DNA of 64,000 nt from Anaerohalosphaera lusitana (GCF_002007645.1 NZ_CP019791.1:2904593-2968592), one strand, 5' to 3'. Counted from the first letter of the stretch, positions 35,508-45,681 are shown. Notes: generated from the sequence alone by a model not told the origin. A program made the numbers and translations.

Positions 35508-37223
35508 TTAAAGCATCTGTTTATAAGAATTTTCACCACCATTGATCAGATGGATCAGCGGCTGAGGTCTGTCGACGCCCTCAATGAACGAAGGTCTTGC
35601 CGCCCACGGTGCAACGCTCAACACACCCGTCAAATCCATCCAGTGCTGCATGCGAGCAACAGGCAGGTTCCACGACATATGGAAGTGATTCGCAACCGCG
35701 TACTGCTTGTACTCGACCATCGAAGCATACTTCGGCACGACAAACGTGTGCGGCCAGTTCCAGTTCGTCAGATTGCACATGGCCTTCTCCAGCTTCTCCG
35801 GAACCGTCGTCGTTTTCGCCTCGTCCCAGACCATCGAGAACTTGCCGTTGACCGCACTGTAAGCCATCCTCGCCGCAATACCGTCAATACCCGCCGGCGT
35901 CATGAACGTAACACTGTTACCGCCGCCCGGGAAGTACCCCGCATCCGCCAGCGGCATCTGAACACCGGACATAAGATCCTCAACGGACGTACCAGGCAGA
36001 CCCGCCCAGTTGAACGACGCCGACCCGGAATTATTGCCGTCAACCAGCCCCTTCTCGATCCAGTCGGTATCCGTTGGCAAACCGCTCAGCCCGATCTCGT
36101 CGGCAAGCTTCTTGATCTCCCACGATTCCCACACCTTACGCAGGTCCATGAACAGCGGTGGTTCGCCGCCGCTCAGATACGTCGTAAACAACATCGTCAG
36201 CAACCCCTGCACATCCGCTTCCGTAGCATAGGGCTTAGCAGTCTTCGGCCCGTTATGGTCAAACGTAGAGTTAAACAGCGACTCCATGCAGTCCGCAACA
36301 GGCAGCGGCAGTCCGCGTGAATCCGAACCCCACTCGAGCTGCGACATAAACCCGCCGCCGATAGCATTCAGATCCGACATAATATCACGAACGACCAGAT
36401 ACATCGCCAGCGACTGGTTGAACCGCTCCCCATCCGCCGAATCCTTCAGCTCCAGCCTGTCACCGACATGCTTGTCTATCCAGCCGCGAAGCTCTTTAAG
36501 CTCTTTCTCGTCATAAGCCTTCTTGCTGATCATATCCGCCAGCAGCTTCATATCCAGCCGCGTAATCTCCAGTCCGAAAGTGTTCCGCGTCGGAATAACA
36601 TGCGCCAATGCTGTCTCCATCCCCATCGAATCATGGCCGAAAACAACCACACGTCGCCCGCGAACAGCAACCGCCGTCACTGCCGCATAGCACCAGTCGA
36701 TCAGATTCTTCGCCGTCTGCTCAGTCATCTGCGGATCCAGTCCCGTATCGGGCCACGTCCCCACATTCAACGAAACCATCTTGCCGTACTGACTGATCGC
36801 ACCGTTAAGCGCATGAGCGTAAACAACGCCAGGCTTCGGCCCGCTGTTGCCGCAGGTAATATTGATCGGCGTGTTCGCGGGGAACTGCTGCAGAAGCGAA
36901 ATACCCGTAAGCTGAGGAAACGCCCAAGTATCAGGACAGCAGATCAGAATATCAACTCCCGCTTCACGGAACTGCTGAGCGACGATATCCGCCTGCGCCT
37001 CGCTGTCGATCAAAACATCAGAATAAACCACCGGAGCCGGCGTCTTATCAGGAAGCAGAACCGCCCCGCTTATGGTGTTCGCAACCATCTTGATAATGTT
37101 CTTGGCCCGCGTACGGCTGTCCTCATCGATACGGGGATCACACGGAGAAAATACGCCGATCGTTGGAACCTTAGGTGTGGATTTGCCGATCGTCGGCAGA
37201 CATTTTGCTTCAGACATTTTCAA
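35508..37223 (-). CDS. fucI: L-fucose (or D-arabinose) isomerase
   Basis: 571 aa. Collinear similarity to FucI (IGVFSP vs IGIRP; TFDHNGP vs SFDWNGV; ATEADVQGLLTMLF vs ATENDSLNGVAMLM; LFMDLRKVW vs VFADVRTYW). The functional assignment is from family knowledge only. Confidence 0.78.
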   Translation of the reverse strand: MKMSEAKCLPTIGKSTPKVPTIGVFSPCDPRIDEDSRTRAKNIIKMVANTISGAVLLPDKTPAPVVYSDVLIDSEAQADIVAQQFREAGVDILICCPDTWAFPQLTGISLLQQFPANTPINITCGNSGPKPGVVYAHALNGAISQYGKMVSLNVGTWPDTGLDPQMTEQTAKNLIDWCYAAVTAVAVRGRRVVVFGHDSMGMETALAHVIPTRNTFGLEITRLDMKLLADMISKKAYDEKELKELRGWIDKHVGDRLELKDSADGERFNQSLAMYLVVRDIMSDLNAIGGGFMSQLEWGSDSRGLPLPVADCMESLFNSTFDHNGPKTAKPYATEADVQGLLTMLFTTYLSGGEPPLFMDLRKVWESWEIKKLADEIGLSGLPTDTDWIEKGLVDGNNSGSASFNWAGLPGTSVEDLMSGVQMPLADAGYFPGGGNSVTFMTPAGIDGIAARMAYSAVNGKFSMVWDEAKTTTVPEKLEKAMCNLTNWNWPHTFVVPKYASMVEYKQYAVANHFHMSWNLPVARMQHWMDLTGVLSVAPWAARPSFIEGVDRPQPLIHLINGGENSYKQML

Positions 37224-37405
37224 TACTCCTACTTGTTGACAGAATTGACTCCCATATGATCTGCCCGAATCCGGCGAATGGGATTAACTTATTCTGTAAA
37301 ATGCACGCCCTCACGTCAATCAAATATTGCCCTATTATATGCAATGCAAACCAGATTGAACAGAAATAAACAATATCCGTAGGGGTAGAAAACCGCCCAG
37401 TACTA

Positions 37406-37414
37406 TGGTATAAT
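37406..37414 (+). promoter_or_regulatory. Extended -10 promoter (TGGTATAAT) immediately upstream of the GT2 gene, implying a leaderless or near-leaderless mRNA
   Basis: TGgTATAAT ends 9 nt before the ATG at 37424. No convincing -35 and no room for an RBS. Confidence 0.35.
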
Positions 37415-37423
37415 CGCAAAGTT

Positions 37424-38170
37424 ATGACTAATCCATTATCGAAACCTTACCTGTCGATCATATTACCTGCCTACAACGAAGGCAGAAAGGTCGCTGTCGA
37501 CGTTGAGCGTGCATCGGGCTTTCTTGACAGAGAAAACCTTACAGGCGAGATAATCGTCGTCGACGACGGCAGTACCGACGACACCGCCTCTGTCGCGAAA
37601 CAGGCAAGCATATCTTCAGACATCGCCCTCAACGTCAAGCGATATGACCAAAATCGCGGCAAAGGTTACGCAATACGTACCGGCGTACTCAATTCCGCCG
37701 GCAGATACGTCATGTTCGCCGACTGCGGCTGCTGCGTACCTTACCATCACGCAAAAAAAGGCCTGGACCTCATATCAAGCGACGGCTGCGCAATCGCCCA
37801 TGCATCCCGACGCGACCAGCAAAGCGACATCCAGCATGATCAGCCCCTACAGCGGAAACTTTTCTCAAAGGCGTTCCGCTGGACCATCATCAACTTTATG
37901 GGCGTACCAGCTCACCTGACCGACACACAGTGCGGATTCAAGGTCTACCGCGGCGACGTTGCCCGCCAACTGTTCAGCCAATGTGTCGTCGACGGCTTCA
38001 TGTTCGACGTCGAAGTCATCCTCCGCGCACACCGCGCCGGATACAAGATCGGCGAGTTTCCCATCGAATGGACCTGCGACCGCGACAGCCGTCTCACCGT
38101 CCGTCGCAACGCACTCGAAATATTGCGTGAACTATGGCAGATCAGACAGGCCCTCAAATCCGAACAATAA
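37424..38170 (+). CDS. GT2 polyprenyl-phosphate glycosyltransferase (Dpm1/ArnC-like)
   Basis: 248 aa. LSIILPAYNE and VVDDGSTDDT GT-A motifs; short single-domain GT2 typical of lipid-phosphate sugar synthases. Confidence 0.85.
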   Translation: MTNPLSKPYLSIILPAYNEGRKVAVDVERASGFLDRENLTGEIIVVDDGSTDDTASVAKQASISSDIALNVKRYDQNRGKGYAIRTGVLNSAGRYVMFADCGCCVPYHHAKKGLDLISSDGCAIAHASRRDQQSDIQHDQPLQRKLFSKAFRWTIINFMGVPAHLTDTQCGFKVYRGDVARQLFSQCVVDGFMFDVEVILRAHRAGYKIGEFPIEWTCDRDSRLTVRRNALEILRELWQIRQALKSEQ

Positions 38171-38197
38171 AACTGCTCCTACCTGCAATCCCGCCTG

Positions 38198-39166
38198 TCA
38201 CTTCTCAGGCCAGCACCCTGCCTTGAACATTTCAACATCCCCCGGCTTATCAATATTCTTCACCGCAGTCATGAGCATGGCCCCACGATGCTTCTCACAG
38301 TACTTCCGCATCTCGTCTCTGCTCATGACGGTCGCAGCAGTGGACAGCGCATCCGCAAACGCACCATTCTCCGCCGACGCCCACGCCGACAGAACCGAAC
38401 TCACGGGCATCCCCTTCCTCGGATCTATTATGTGCTGTGACTTTATTATCCCTGACCCGCTGAACGCCTGACCGCACAGATCCAGCTTTGTCAGCGTATG
38501 CGACCGCTCAAGCGGCGAACGGACCTTTATCGGCCAGCCGTCAAGCCCCGCCGGAGCACCACTCGCCAGTACCGTACTCCCCCCGCCGCTGATCATAGCC
38601 GACTCGACCTCCCACTCCCGCAGCACCTCCATCATCCTGTCTATCGCAAACCCCTTACCGATCCCCCCAAGATCCACAGACAGCGGAGCCTCCTCCAGCG
38701 TCACCGTAAAACTTTCTTCGTTCAGCTTTATCTTATCCGCCCCGGTATGCTCCCGAGCGAACTCGAGCTCCTCACGCCCGGGCATCTTGATGCTCTTGTC
38801 CTCCCTCAGCCACGCCTTGTACAACGTCCCCACCGTAACATCAAACGCCCCAAACGTCCGCTCATACATATCCTTCGCCTGCTGCAGACATTCAAACGTC
38901 GGTAGCGAAACAACCACCGACTCCCCCTCGCCCAGCCGGTTTATCTGCGAAATGTCGCTGTTCGCAATAAACCTGCTGAAGTGCTGCTCAAGATCATCCA
39001 GCACATCGAACGCCTCCCACGCAGCCTGCCCCGCATACTCACGATCCTCATGCACGATGAACACATGAAAGATCGTCGCCATCGCCTCCTTGCGAAATCT
39101 CTGCAGATTCGCAATGTCCGAACCGGGAAACGAAAACGCGTTGACCTCCTGCTTATCTTTGCTCAT
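38198..39166 (-). CDS. apbE: FAD:protein FMN transferase (ApbE family)
   Basis: 322 aa. Hallmark DLGGIGKGFA motif and C-terminal ApbE fold residues. Overlaps the upstream GT-C gene by 4 bp. Confidence 0.85.
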   Translation of the reverse strand: MSKDKQEVNAFSFPGSDIANLQRFRKEAMATIFHVFIVHEDREYAGQAAWEAFDVLDDLEQHFSRFIANSDISQINRLGEGESVVVSLPTFECLQQAKDMYERTFGAFDVTVGTLYKAWLREDKSIKMPGREELEFAREHTGADKIKLNEESFTVTLEEAPLSVDLGGIGKGFAIDRMMEVLREWEVESAMISGGGSTVLASGAPAGLDGWPIKVRSPLERSHTLTKLDLCGQAFSGSGIIKSQHIIDPRKGMPVSSVLSAWASAENGAFADALSTAATVMSRDEMRKYCEKHRGAMLMTAVKNIDKPGDVEMFKAGCWPEK

Positions 39167-40758
39167 TCCTGCTCTCCCACCGGTATCTCATCGCTCAACA
39201 TCGCCCGATCGTAAACATCCTTCCGCACATATATCTCGAACGGCACAGCCGGACGAAGCAGCAGCTCATCTTCAGTCAACGGCACATACAAATGCTTCTG
39301 CCCAGGCGGAGGAAGCTCATACAACTTTCTCATAAGTGCCCCCCGAACCTCAGTCGACGCGATGACCACCGGCGCCGCCTCAACCGAAAAATCGACGCCG
39401 CTGTAATAGCCCACCTTATCGAAACCCCGCAGATACCACGGCCACGGCCAGTAATCTCCACCCGGGAAAACAACCTCCACAGCCAACTGCTCGTCCTCCT
39501 GATATGCCTTTGCAAACAGCTCCAGCTCCTTCGCAGCTTCCGGCACATCCTCCGTCGTCTGCGCATAGACATACGGATTCTCAGTCGACGAAGCATATTC
39601 ACCATTCGACATCCACGCCTGAAAACCCAGATGCAGCACCCCCGCCGCCAGCACCACCGCAACCGCGACCCTCATTTCACCTCGACATAAACTCAGCAGA
39701 TACCATCCACCAAGTCCAGCCAGCAGTATAAACCCATGATGAAACCCCAGCAGACACCACGGCGTCTTGTACGGAATAACCGAATAAGCGACCGCAAGCA
39801 GTATGGCATAAAAACCGACAAAGCAAAACAGTCCCGAACTCGCATCCCCAGGCAATCTCTTTCTCAATGCCGCAACCATACCGACCACCGCAAGCACCAG
39901 AACAAACGCCTCCGACCATATCGGCCCATCACCCAGACGAAACGCAGTCAGCAGCGACAAATAATAATACCAAGGATGCACATGCATCGTATCATGTCCC
40001 CCGCCGCGCGCAAAATAGATCCCGTAAGTACGCACCGAGTCGACGATCCCCTCCGGATTCGTAAAGAACGAGCTGAAGAAAACCACCGCAACAACAACAA
40101 ACGCACCAATCCCCGCAACAACATGCGACCCAAACCCTTGCAACATCGACCAGCCACCCGACCGTTTACAAACCAGCACCCATAAAGCAGCCGCCCCGAT
40201 CATGCACGCCAGTACGATCAAAAACGTTTCCTTAGTCGCGAACGCCAACCCCAGCGCCCCACCCGTCAGCACCGCGTACACTGGTCTCTGCGATCGGCAG
40301 TAATGATACCCCGCCGCAACCGCCATAAACGTAAACGCAACCAGCAGCGTTTCCTGAATATAGTAAACACCATAAAACGCAAACGCAGGTGACAGCGCCG
40401 TAAGCACCGAAGCCAACGCCGCCACCCCCGGCCCCAAAGGCTTTATCAACAGTATCGGCATCAAAACCAGCAGCAGCGAAAACACCGCCGGAACAAGCCG
40501 AAGCGTCACCGCATCGAGCTGTTCAAATGCAACTTGCCCCCGCACCCACGCCGGTATCAGCGTGAAATAATTAAGCGTCGGCCCGTGATACTCGTACGGA
40601 TCATAACGGTACGCATTGTCCTCCAGCAGCTCACCGAACTTAACCGCATGCACCGCCTCGTCCGTATGCACAGGCCGCACAGACAAAAACGGCAGCCGCA
40701 GGATCGAAGCCGCGACTGCCGCCGTAATTATTACCGCTATTGCTGCTGATCGTGTCAT
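39163..40758 (-). CDS. GT-C fold membrane glycosyltransferase (PMT/ArnT-like, TIGR03663-type)
   Basis: 531 aa with about 11 TM helices. First extracytoplasmic loop carries the acidic DE motif (VHTDEAVHAV). Soluble C-terminal domain. Overlaps neighbours on both sides by 4 bp. Confidence 0.6.
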   Translation of the reverse strand: MTRSAAIAVIITAAVAASILRLPFLSVRPVHTDEAVHAVKFGELLEDNAYRYDPYEYHGPTLNYFTLIPAWVRGQVAFEQLDAVTLRLVPAVFSLLLVLMPILLIKPLGPGVAALASVLTALSPAFAFYGVYYIQETLLVAFTFMAVAAGYHYCRSQRPVYAVLTGGALGLAFATKETFLIVLACMIGAAALWVLVCKRSGGWSMLQGFGSHVVAGIGAFVVVAVVFFSSFFTNPEGIVDSVRTYGIYFARGGGHDTMHVHPWYYYLSLLTAFRLGDGPIWSEAFVLVLAVVGMVAALRKRLPGDASSGLFCFVGFYAILLAVAYSVIPYKTPWCLLGFHHGFILLAGLGGWYLLSLCRGEMRVAVAVVLAAGVLHLGFQAWMSNGEYASSTENPYVYAQTTEDVPEAAKELELFAKAYQEDEQLAVEVVFPGGDYWPWPWYLRGFDKVGYYSGVDFSVEAAPVVIASTEVRGALMRKLYELPPPGQKHLYVPLTEDELLLRPAVPFEIYVRKDVYDRAMLSDEIPVGEQE

Positions 40759-41654
40759 TCAGGCTTCTTACCGTAAACCTCAGCTTCGATATAGTGGTTC
40801 TGGTCGTTCGAGCTGTTACCGTTACTGTGGAACCGCACATAGCGTGCCTCGACACCCTTGGCATCGATCAGCTTACCCTCGGACGTTTCCACATAGTGAT
40901 AGTCATCACCCGCGCCCAGACCGATCGAATTGTCATGGTCATTATTGAACAGCGTCGTAACGCCCTCAGCGAACTCAGGATCGTTCGAAACCTGAACAAC
41001 CACATCATAATAGGCCCGCGGCTGCTTGTGGAAGTGCCACAGAACGATCGCGTAGATTTCGTACGTATCCTCGAGATCGATCGTCATGTACTGATGGAAC
41101 GGCCCCATATCGACATAACTGCCGTCAGCCGCTTCCTTATCGCCATCGGTCAGCATCTCGATCTCACCGATGATCGGGAACTCATCGCTCGCCGAAACAG
41201 GCTTGTTCAGCGCGACATTCTTTACACCTTCCGGCGCAAGGAAATCGGGCCTTGGCTTTCCGCGAGGCTTTTCGAGCTTCCCGCCCGGAACCTTGATATC
41301 CGCAGGCGTACCCTGGAACATAGGCTGCGGCAGCTCCAGCGGCAGCGGCACCAGATCAGTCGAAGGCGTACCCGCCTCAGGCTCGACCGCATCAGTCACT
41401 TCTTCTGCCGCGGGCTCTTCGGCTACTTCCTCAGCCTCTTCTTCAGCCTCGGCCGCCTCTTCAGCTTCCGCCTCTTTCGCCGGTTCCTCAGGTGTTTCTT
41501 CTACAGCGGCTTCCTCGGTTTCAGTCTCGCCCTGCGTAGTGGTCTGTGTCTCTTCCTCAGCCGCAGGCTCAGACTTCCCGCATGAGCTGAGTGTCACCAC
41601 CGCGGCACACAAAAAACCAAACATAACGAAAGTTGTCAGTATTCTCTTTGTCAT
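40755..41654 (-). CDS. Lipoprotein with acidic Thr/Glu-rich linker and C-terminal discoidin (F5/8 type C)-like domain
   Basis: Lipobox LSSCGK, low-complexity E/A/T linker, C-terminal beta-sandwich (RYVRFHSNGNSS..EAEVYG). Start set at the internal ATG (MTKRIL), the first that yields a signal peptide. Confidence 0.5.
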   Translation of the reverse strand: MTKRILTTFVMFGFLCAAVVTLSSCGKSEPAAEEETQTTTQGETETEEAAVEETPEEPAKEAEAEEAAEAEEEAEEVAEEPAAEEVTDAVEPEAGTPSTDLVPLPLELPQPMFQGTPADIKVPGGKLEKPRGKPRPDFLAPEGVKNVALNKPVSASDEFPIIGEIEMLTDGDKEAADGSYVDMGPFHQYMTIDLEDTYEIYAIVLWHFHKQPRAYYDVVVQVSNDPEFAEGVTTLFNNDHDNSIGLGAGDDYHYVETSEGKLIDAKGVEARYVRFHSNGNSSNDQNHYIEAEVYGKKPE

Positions 41655-41762
41655 ACTATTCAAACTCCTGGTTAAAATTAAGCATTTCCAGACGCAAACA
41701 AAATCGCCTGAACACATTACAATACTATATTATCACCACAACAAATGTCAAGTCCAACAAAC

Positions 41763-43037
41763 TTACTCGGTCTCCGCAGGAAGCTCAGCTTCCGCATCAT
41801 CAATTGCCTGCTCAACCTGAACATCATCAGCCATATCATCGCCCTGCGAATCCGAAGCAGGATTCTTCACAGCCGTAATTGCAAGCCCAAGGAGCAAGAG
41901 CACACCACAGACGGGTACTAAAAGCTTAAGACTTTTCTGAACAGATGAGCCCCTCGAAAGATTTCCTATTGCTTTGGGTGCTATAACTGCACCAGCAAGA
42001 CCGATCGCGAATATAATACCCAATACACTCCCATGCACATCAGAGCTAAATTTCCCAAAAGTTACACCAACCACAGTGGGGAATACAGGCGCAAATGCAA
42101 TACCTGCCAATGTTGCAAGCACTTGTGCTGTCCTTGTCTTTCTGGTATTTATCATCGCAACGATCAAAATACCTGACACCAGAGCAGCACCAACAATGAA
42201 GAAAGCTGCTGGATTATCTTTAACTATTGTAACTTTACTCGCAAGAAAACTTGCGGCGAGTCGACTTGCCATCATACCGATTGCAAAAAGTGATAGTAAC
42301 CTCTGAGCGGAGGCATCAGCGGCAGTAGCATCCATAGAAGGAGCATCCTTTTTGATCACGTCTTTTCCAAACATAGGAAGCCAATTACAAAATGACGCTT
42401 CAAGACTGATATAGCAGAAAAGAACCAGAGCACTCACCAGAACAGCAGGATTGCCAAGTAACTGCACAGCTTGTTCAAAAGCAAAGCCAGGTGATTTATC
42501 TGGGAATGTTGCACTGAATACGAGTATAGCAGGCACAATTATTAAAACACCAAGAGATGCAACTGCTTTTTCATATGTCGTTTTTTGAAAAAGGAAGCTG
42601 ACTACGATTGGTGTGACAAAAAGTCCAAGACCAAAAAAAACGTTCCCCAGATTAAGGGCTGCAGCCTCATTCTGACCGCCAAAAAGGACATGCTTAGCAA
42701 GCGTATTTCCAACCACATTCATCGCCATGGCGCCAAATCCGAGAAGCAGACAAGGGATAGTAATTAGCTTGTAAGACTTGCTATTCGCAAGATAAAAGAT
42801 ACAACCCGCAGTCATCAAAAAACCAAACAGTGCAATTGGCTTGTAGCCTACCGAATCAACAGCAACTCCCATAACCAATGAAGCAACAAGGCAGGAGAAC
42901 ATGAATATCGAAACCAGCGTTCCAAATTTCCCCTGGTCAATCTCAAGACGCGGCATCAATTTAACACTAATAGAGCCAAGCAGTGAAAAACACATGCCAA
43001 GCCCAAATAGACTAGCTAAAACGACCACAGTACTCAT
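41763..43037 (-). CDS. MFS transporter
   Basis: 424 aa, 12 TM helices, acidic C-terminal tail. Family beyond MFS not resolved. Confidence 0.75.
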   Translation of the reverse strand: MSTVVVLASLFGLGMCFSLLGSISVKLMPRLEIDQGKFGTLVSIFMFSCLVASLVMGVAVDSVGYKPIALFGFLMTAGCIFYLANSKSYKLITIPCLLLGFGAMAMNVVGNTLAKHVLFGGQNEAAALNLGNVFFGLGLFVTPIVVSFLFQKTTYEKAVASLGVLIIVPAILVFSATFPDKSPGFAFEQAVQLLGNPAVLVSALVLFCYISLEASFCNWLPMFGKDVIKKDAPSMDATAADASAQRLLSLFAIGMMASRLAASFLASKVTIVKDNPAAFFIVGAALVSGILIVAMINTRKTRTAQVLATLAGIAFAPVFPTVVGVTFGKFSSDVHGSVLGIIFAIGLAGAVIAPKAIGNLSRGSSVQKSLKLLVPVCGVLLLLGLAITAVKNPASDSQGDDMADDVQVEQAIDDAEAELPAETE

Positions 43038-43072
43038 GCTGTTTCCTTTCCGAAAATTTTATCTTTTGACCA

Positions 43073-43738
43073 CTACTCATTATTGCAACACACCGGCATC
43101 ACAGCAGCAAGATAAACCTGCAGCAGAACACAAATCAACATCGTAAGCGCCGTATAACGATGAACCTCGAACAAAAACTCCTGCATCTCCGTCCCGAACA
43201 GCGGAAACATACTAAGCGCTATCGAAAGCATCAACGGCAGCGAAAGTATCATCAGGACCCAGAACAATATCCGCTGCAAAAACGGCGCAGCCGGCTTCTC
43301 TCCGCCTTCCCACCGCCCTTCCGGCTTGACCAGCCTCAGAACACCCTTCCAGTCCGCCTGCTCGAACCTGCAGTCATACGCATACATTACCGCCGCAACC
43401 GCAAGACATATCGCCAGCACCGGCGCAAAAGTCGCATGGATCATCAGCATATATCCCGCCAGATATTCCCCTTCCGCCAGCGGTGGCCAAAAACCCGTGA
43501 CCGCAAGCACCGCAAAGCACAACAGCCCCACCAGCAATACCAGCTTCCGTACCCGCCCCAGAAAACCCAGCTTCTGTTCGAGCAGCATCGCCGATATCAT
43601 ACGCAATGGCAGCCGCATTATCGCACACGCCGGGCAAACACCTTCCTTGACCGCTCCGCGAACCAAACGGTAAACATAATGCCCCGCGATCACCAGCAAA
43701 GTTATAAGTAATGTTGTAACAGCTATTTTTTCAAACAT
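43073..43738 (-). CDS. Polytopic membrane protein with conserved TM histidines, putative b-type haem protein (DUF4405-like)
   Basis: 221 aa, five TM helices. Histidines sit inside TM1, TM3 and TM5 (AGHYVY, MIHATF, EVHRY), plus a CPAC motif. Sits 24 bp downstream of a multihaem cytochrome c gene. Confidence 0.4.
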   Translation of the reverse strand: MFEKIAVTTLLITLLVIAGHYVYRLVRGAVKEGVCPACAIMRLPLRMISAMLLEQKLGFLGRVRKLVLLVGLLCFAVLAVTGFWPPLAEGEYLAGYMLMIHATFAPVLAICLAVAAVMYAYDCRFEQADWKGVLRLVKPEGRWEGGEKPAAPFLQRILFWVLMILSLPLMLSIALSMFPLFGTEMQEFLFEVHRYTALTMLICVLLQVYLAAVMPVCCNNE

Positions 43739-43762
43739 GGCAACATATCCCGTTGACGTTTT

Positions 43763-45652
43763 TTATATCGCTGATTCATCGTCGGACGCCTTCACAGTCA
43801 CGAATCCGAACGCCTTTAGAACATAAAACAGAACCACCGCCGCGATCACTGCCGAACACAGGATCGTAACGACCTTCAGCATCGGTCTGAACACGAACGA
43901 CATCGCAAACAGTTTCATGTGCGTCCGATCAACGCCCTGCAGCGACGCCATCTCCATCGCCTCGCCCTGCTGCGACACCATCGGCGTATCCGCAGGGATA
44001 TCCCCGAAAACGATCGGCGAATCCGTCTCGTGACAGTCCCCGCAGCCGCGTACACCCAGCGACTGTTCAGCAGGCCTTACGTTATGCGCGATCGGCCAGC
44101 CGTAAGGCTTCGCAGCACCATGCTCCTCGACAACAAGCTCGCCGTCCTTATCCAGAGCGAACACCTTCCCGCCGGAAACATACCCAGCCGCACTGCCCTC
44201 CGGAGTCGTATCAGCCAGAAGCTTCAATGCTTTCGCAACCTGCTCGTCCGTAAACTGATGCCAACTCCCGCGCTGCTCGGGCTTCGCACCAGCGATCGCC
44301 TCGCCGATAATCGGCTTGACCTTCTCAGGAACCAGCGGCGTAGCATTCTCACCGTCAATATACGCCCAGAAGTTCGGATATACCACCTTATACGGCCCGA
44401 TCTTGCCGTCCGGATTCTCCTTGAAAACAGGCGAATACAGGTGCGGCAGCACTCCTGGCGTCTTGTCTATACCATGCATGCCAAGACCGTTCGCCCTCGC
44501 AGTCATCGCAAGATACGCATCATCCTCGGGCCACGGCCCCGAATGACACGCCGTACACGTCAGCTCACGAAAATGCACAGTCGGTATGCCCGCATGCTCC
44601 GGCTCCGGAGCTGCAAACCTGCCCGCCTTCGGCTTCTCACCTTCACTGGGCAAATGACAGCCCTCGCACGAAGACGATGCCGCCAGCGGATTATCGCTGT
44701 GCTCAGCCTCGCCCTCATAACCCCGGACGATATTATGACCTAGCCCATTACGATGACAGTCCACACAACTCAAGCCCGCCATCAGATGCACATCCTGATC
44801 ATGCATCCACTTCTCAGGCATATCCTCATGCACGTCAAAGTTGGAATGACAGAAATAGCAGTTCTCGTTCTTTATCTCCGTCGAGACATCGAGAAACACC
44901 TTCCCGTCCTCACGAAACCGGTCCTCGTCATACGAAATTGAAGGTTCGATCAACTTCGGATCCAACGGAGGCTCAGGGAAAAGAAAGTCGTACGTCGCCG
45001 ACATATCCTTCGCAGCACCCTTGACCGTCGTAAACGCCAGCGTCGATGCAGCCGCCCAGTGGAAATTCTCTCTCATAACTTCCATCGCATAGTTCGACTG
45101 ATCGTGACCAGGTTCATTGTCATGACACGCCAGACAGTTCACCTCAAGCTCGCCAGACACCATCCACCTCGCATCGAAATCGATCTCGCCCTCGAGATCC
45201 TCTTTCATGGGCCCCGGCGAATGCCGCCCGAACAGCTTCGCAAACTGCCACATCGTCACACCGATCTCATCCGGATTGTACGTCCCAGGCCAGTCTCGAT
45301 ACGACAGCGGTATCTGCGTACCCGTCTCAGGATCAGCCAGTATCCACGCCTGACCGACCCTGCCCGGATCGACCGAAGGATCCTTCCAGTTGAAGTGCCA
45401 GCCCTTCGATATCTTCTCGACGTCATGACACTGAGAACACGTCTGCTCATTCGACATCGGCAGCACGATATCATTGTCCGGCCGTATCTTCATGCCCTCT
45501 TTATCGTACAGATCGATAACGTGAACCGACGGACTCCGTGAGCCGTCCACCTCGTCACCAATCTTCTCGGCACCGCTCGCCCGCATCTGCAAAGCAAACA
45601 AACAGACGAACACCACCGCCGCCGACCGCTGCAATTTTAAGAAAGTCGTCAT
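43763..45652 (-). CDS. Multihaem (7 x CxxCH) c-type cytochrome, membrane anchored
   Basis: 629 aa. Signal peptide, seven CxxCH motifs (CSQCH, CLACH, CYFCH, CVDCH, CEGCH, CTACH, CGDCH), C-terminal TM helix. Confidence 0.85.
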   Translation of the reverse strand: MTTFLKLQRSAAVVFVCLFALQMRASGAEKIGDEVDGSRSPSVHVIDLYDKEGMKIRPDNDIVLPMSNEQTCSQCHDVEKISKGWHFNWKDPSVDPGRVGQAWILADPETGTQIPLSYRDWPGTYNPDEIGVTMWQFAKLFGRHSPGPMKEDLEGEIDFDARWMVSGELEVNCLACHDNEPGHDQSNYAMEVMRENFHWAAASTLAFTTVKGAAKDMSATYDFLFPEPPLDPKLIEPSISYDEDRFREDGKVFLDVSTEIKNENCYFCHSNFDVHEDMPEKWMHDQDVHLMAGLSCVDCHRNGLGHNIVRGYEGEAEHSDNPLAASSSCEGCHLPSEGEKPKAGRFAAPEPEHAGIPTVHFRELTCTACHSGPWPEDDAYLAMTARANGLGMHGIDKTPGVLPHLYSPVFKENPDGKIGPYKVVYPNFWAYIDGENATPLVPEKVKPIIGEAIAGAKPEQRGSWHQFTDEQVAKALKLLADTTPEGSAAGYVSGGKVFALDKDGELVVEEHGAAKPYGWPIAHNVRPAEQSLGVRGCGDCHETDSPIVFGDIPADTPMVSQQGEAMEMASLQGVDRTHMKLFAMSFVFRPMLKVVTILCSAVIAAVVLFYVLKAFGFVTVKASDDESAI

Positions 45653-45681
45653 CTAACCGTATAACTCCGTTTATATGGGGT

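Noticed and set aside
35505-37259. Plus-strand ORFs (271 and 263 aa) antisense to fucI
   Set aside because: Extreme Arg/His/Pro/Gln content; fucI identity is strong.
40740-41820. Plus-strand ORFs (281 and 216 aa) antisense to the discoidin lipoprotein and its acidic linker
   Set aside because: Translation of the reverse of a GAA/GCC-rich linker gives Ser/Phe/Leu-rich low complexity; not credible.
43160-45541. Plus-strand ORFs antisense to the membrane protein and multihaem cytochrome
   Set aside because: Arg/His-rich shadows; the cytochrome CxxCH pattern fixes the true frame.
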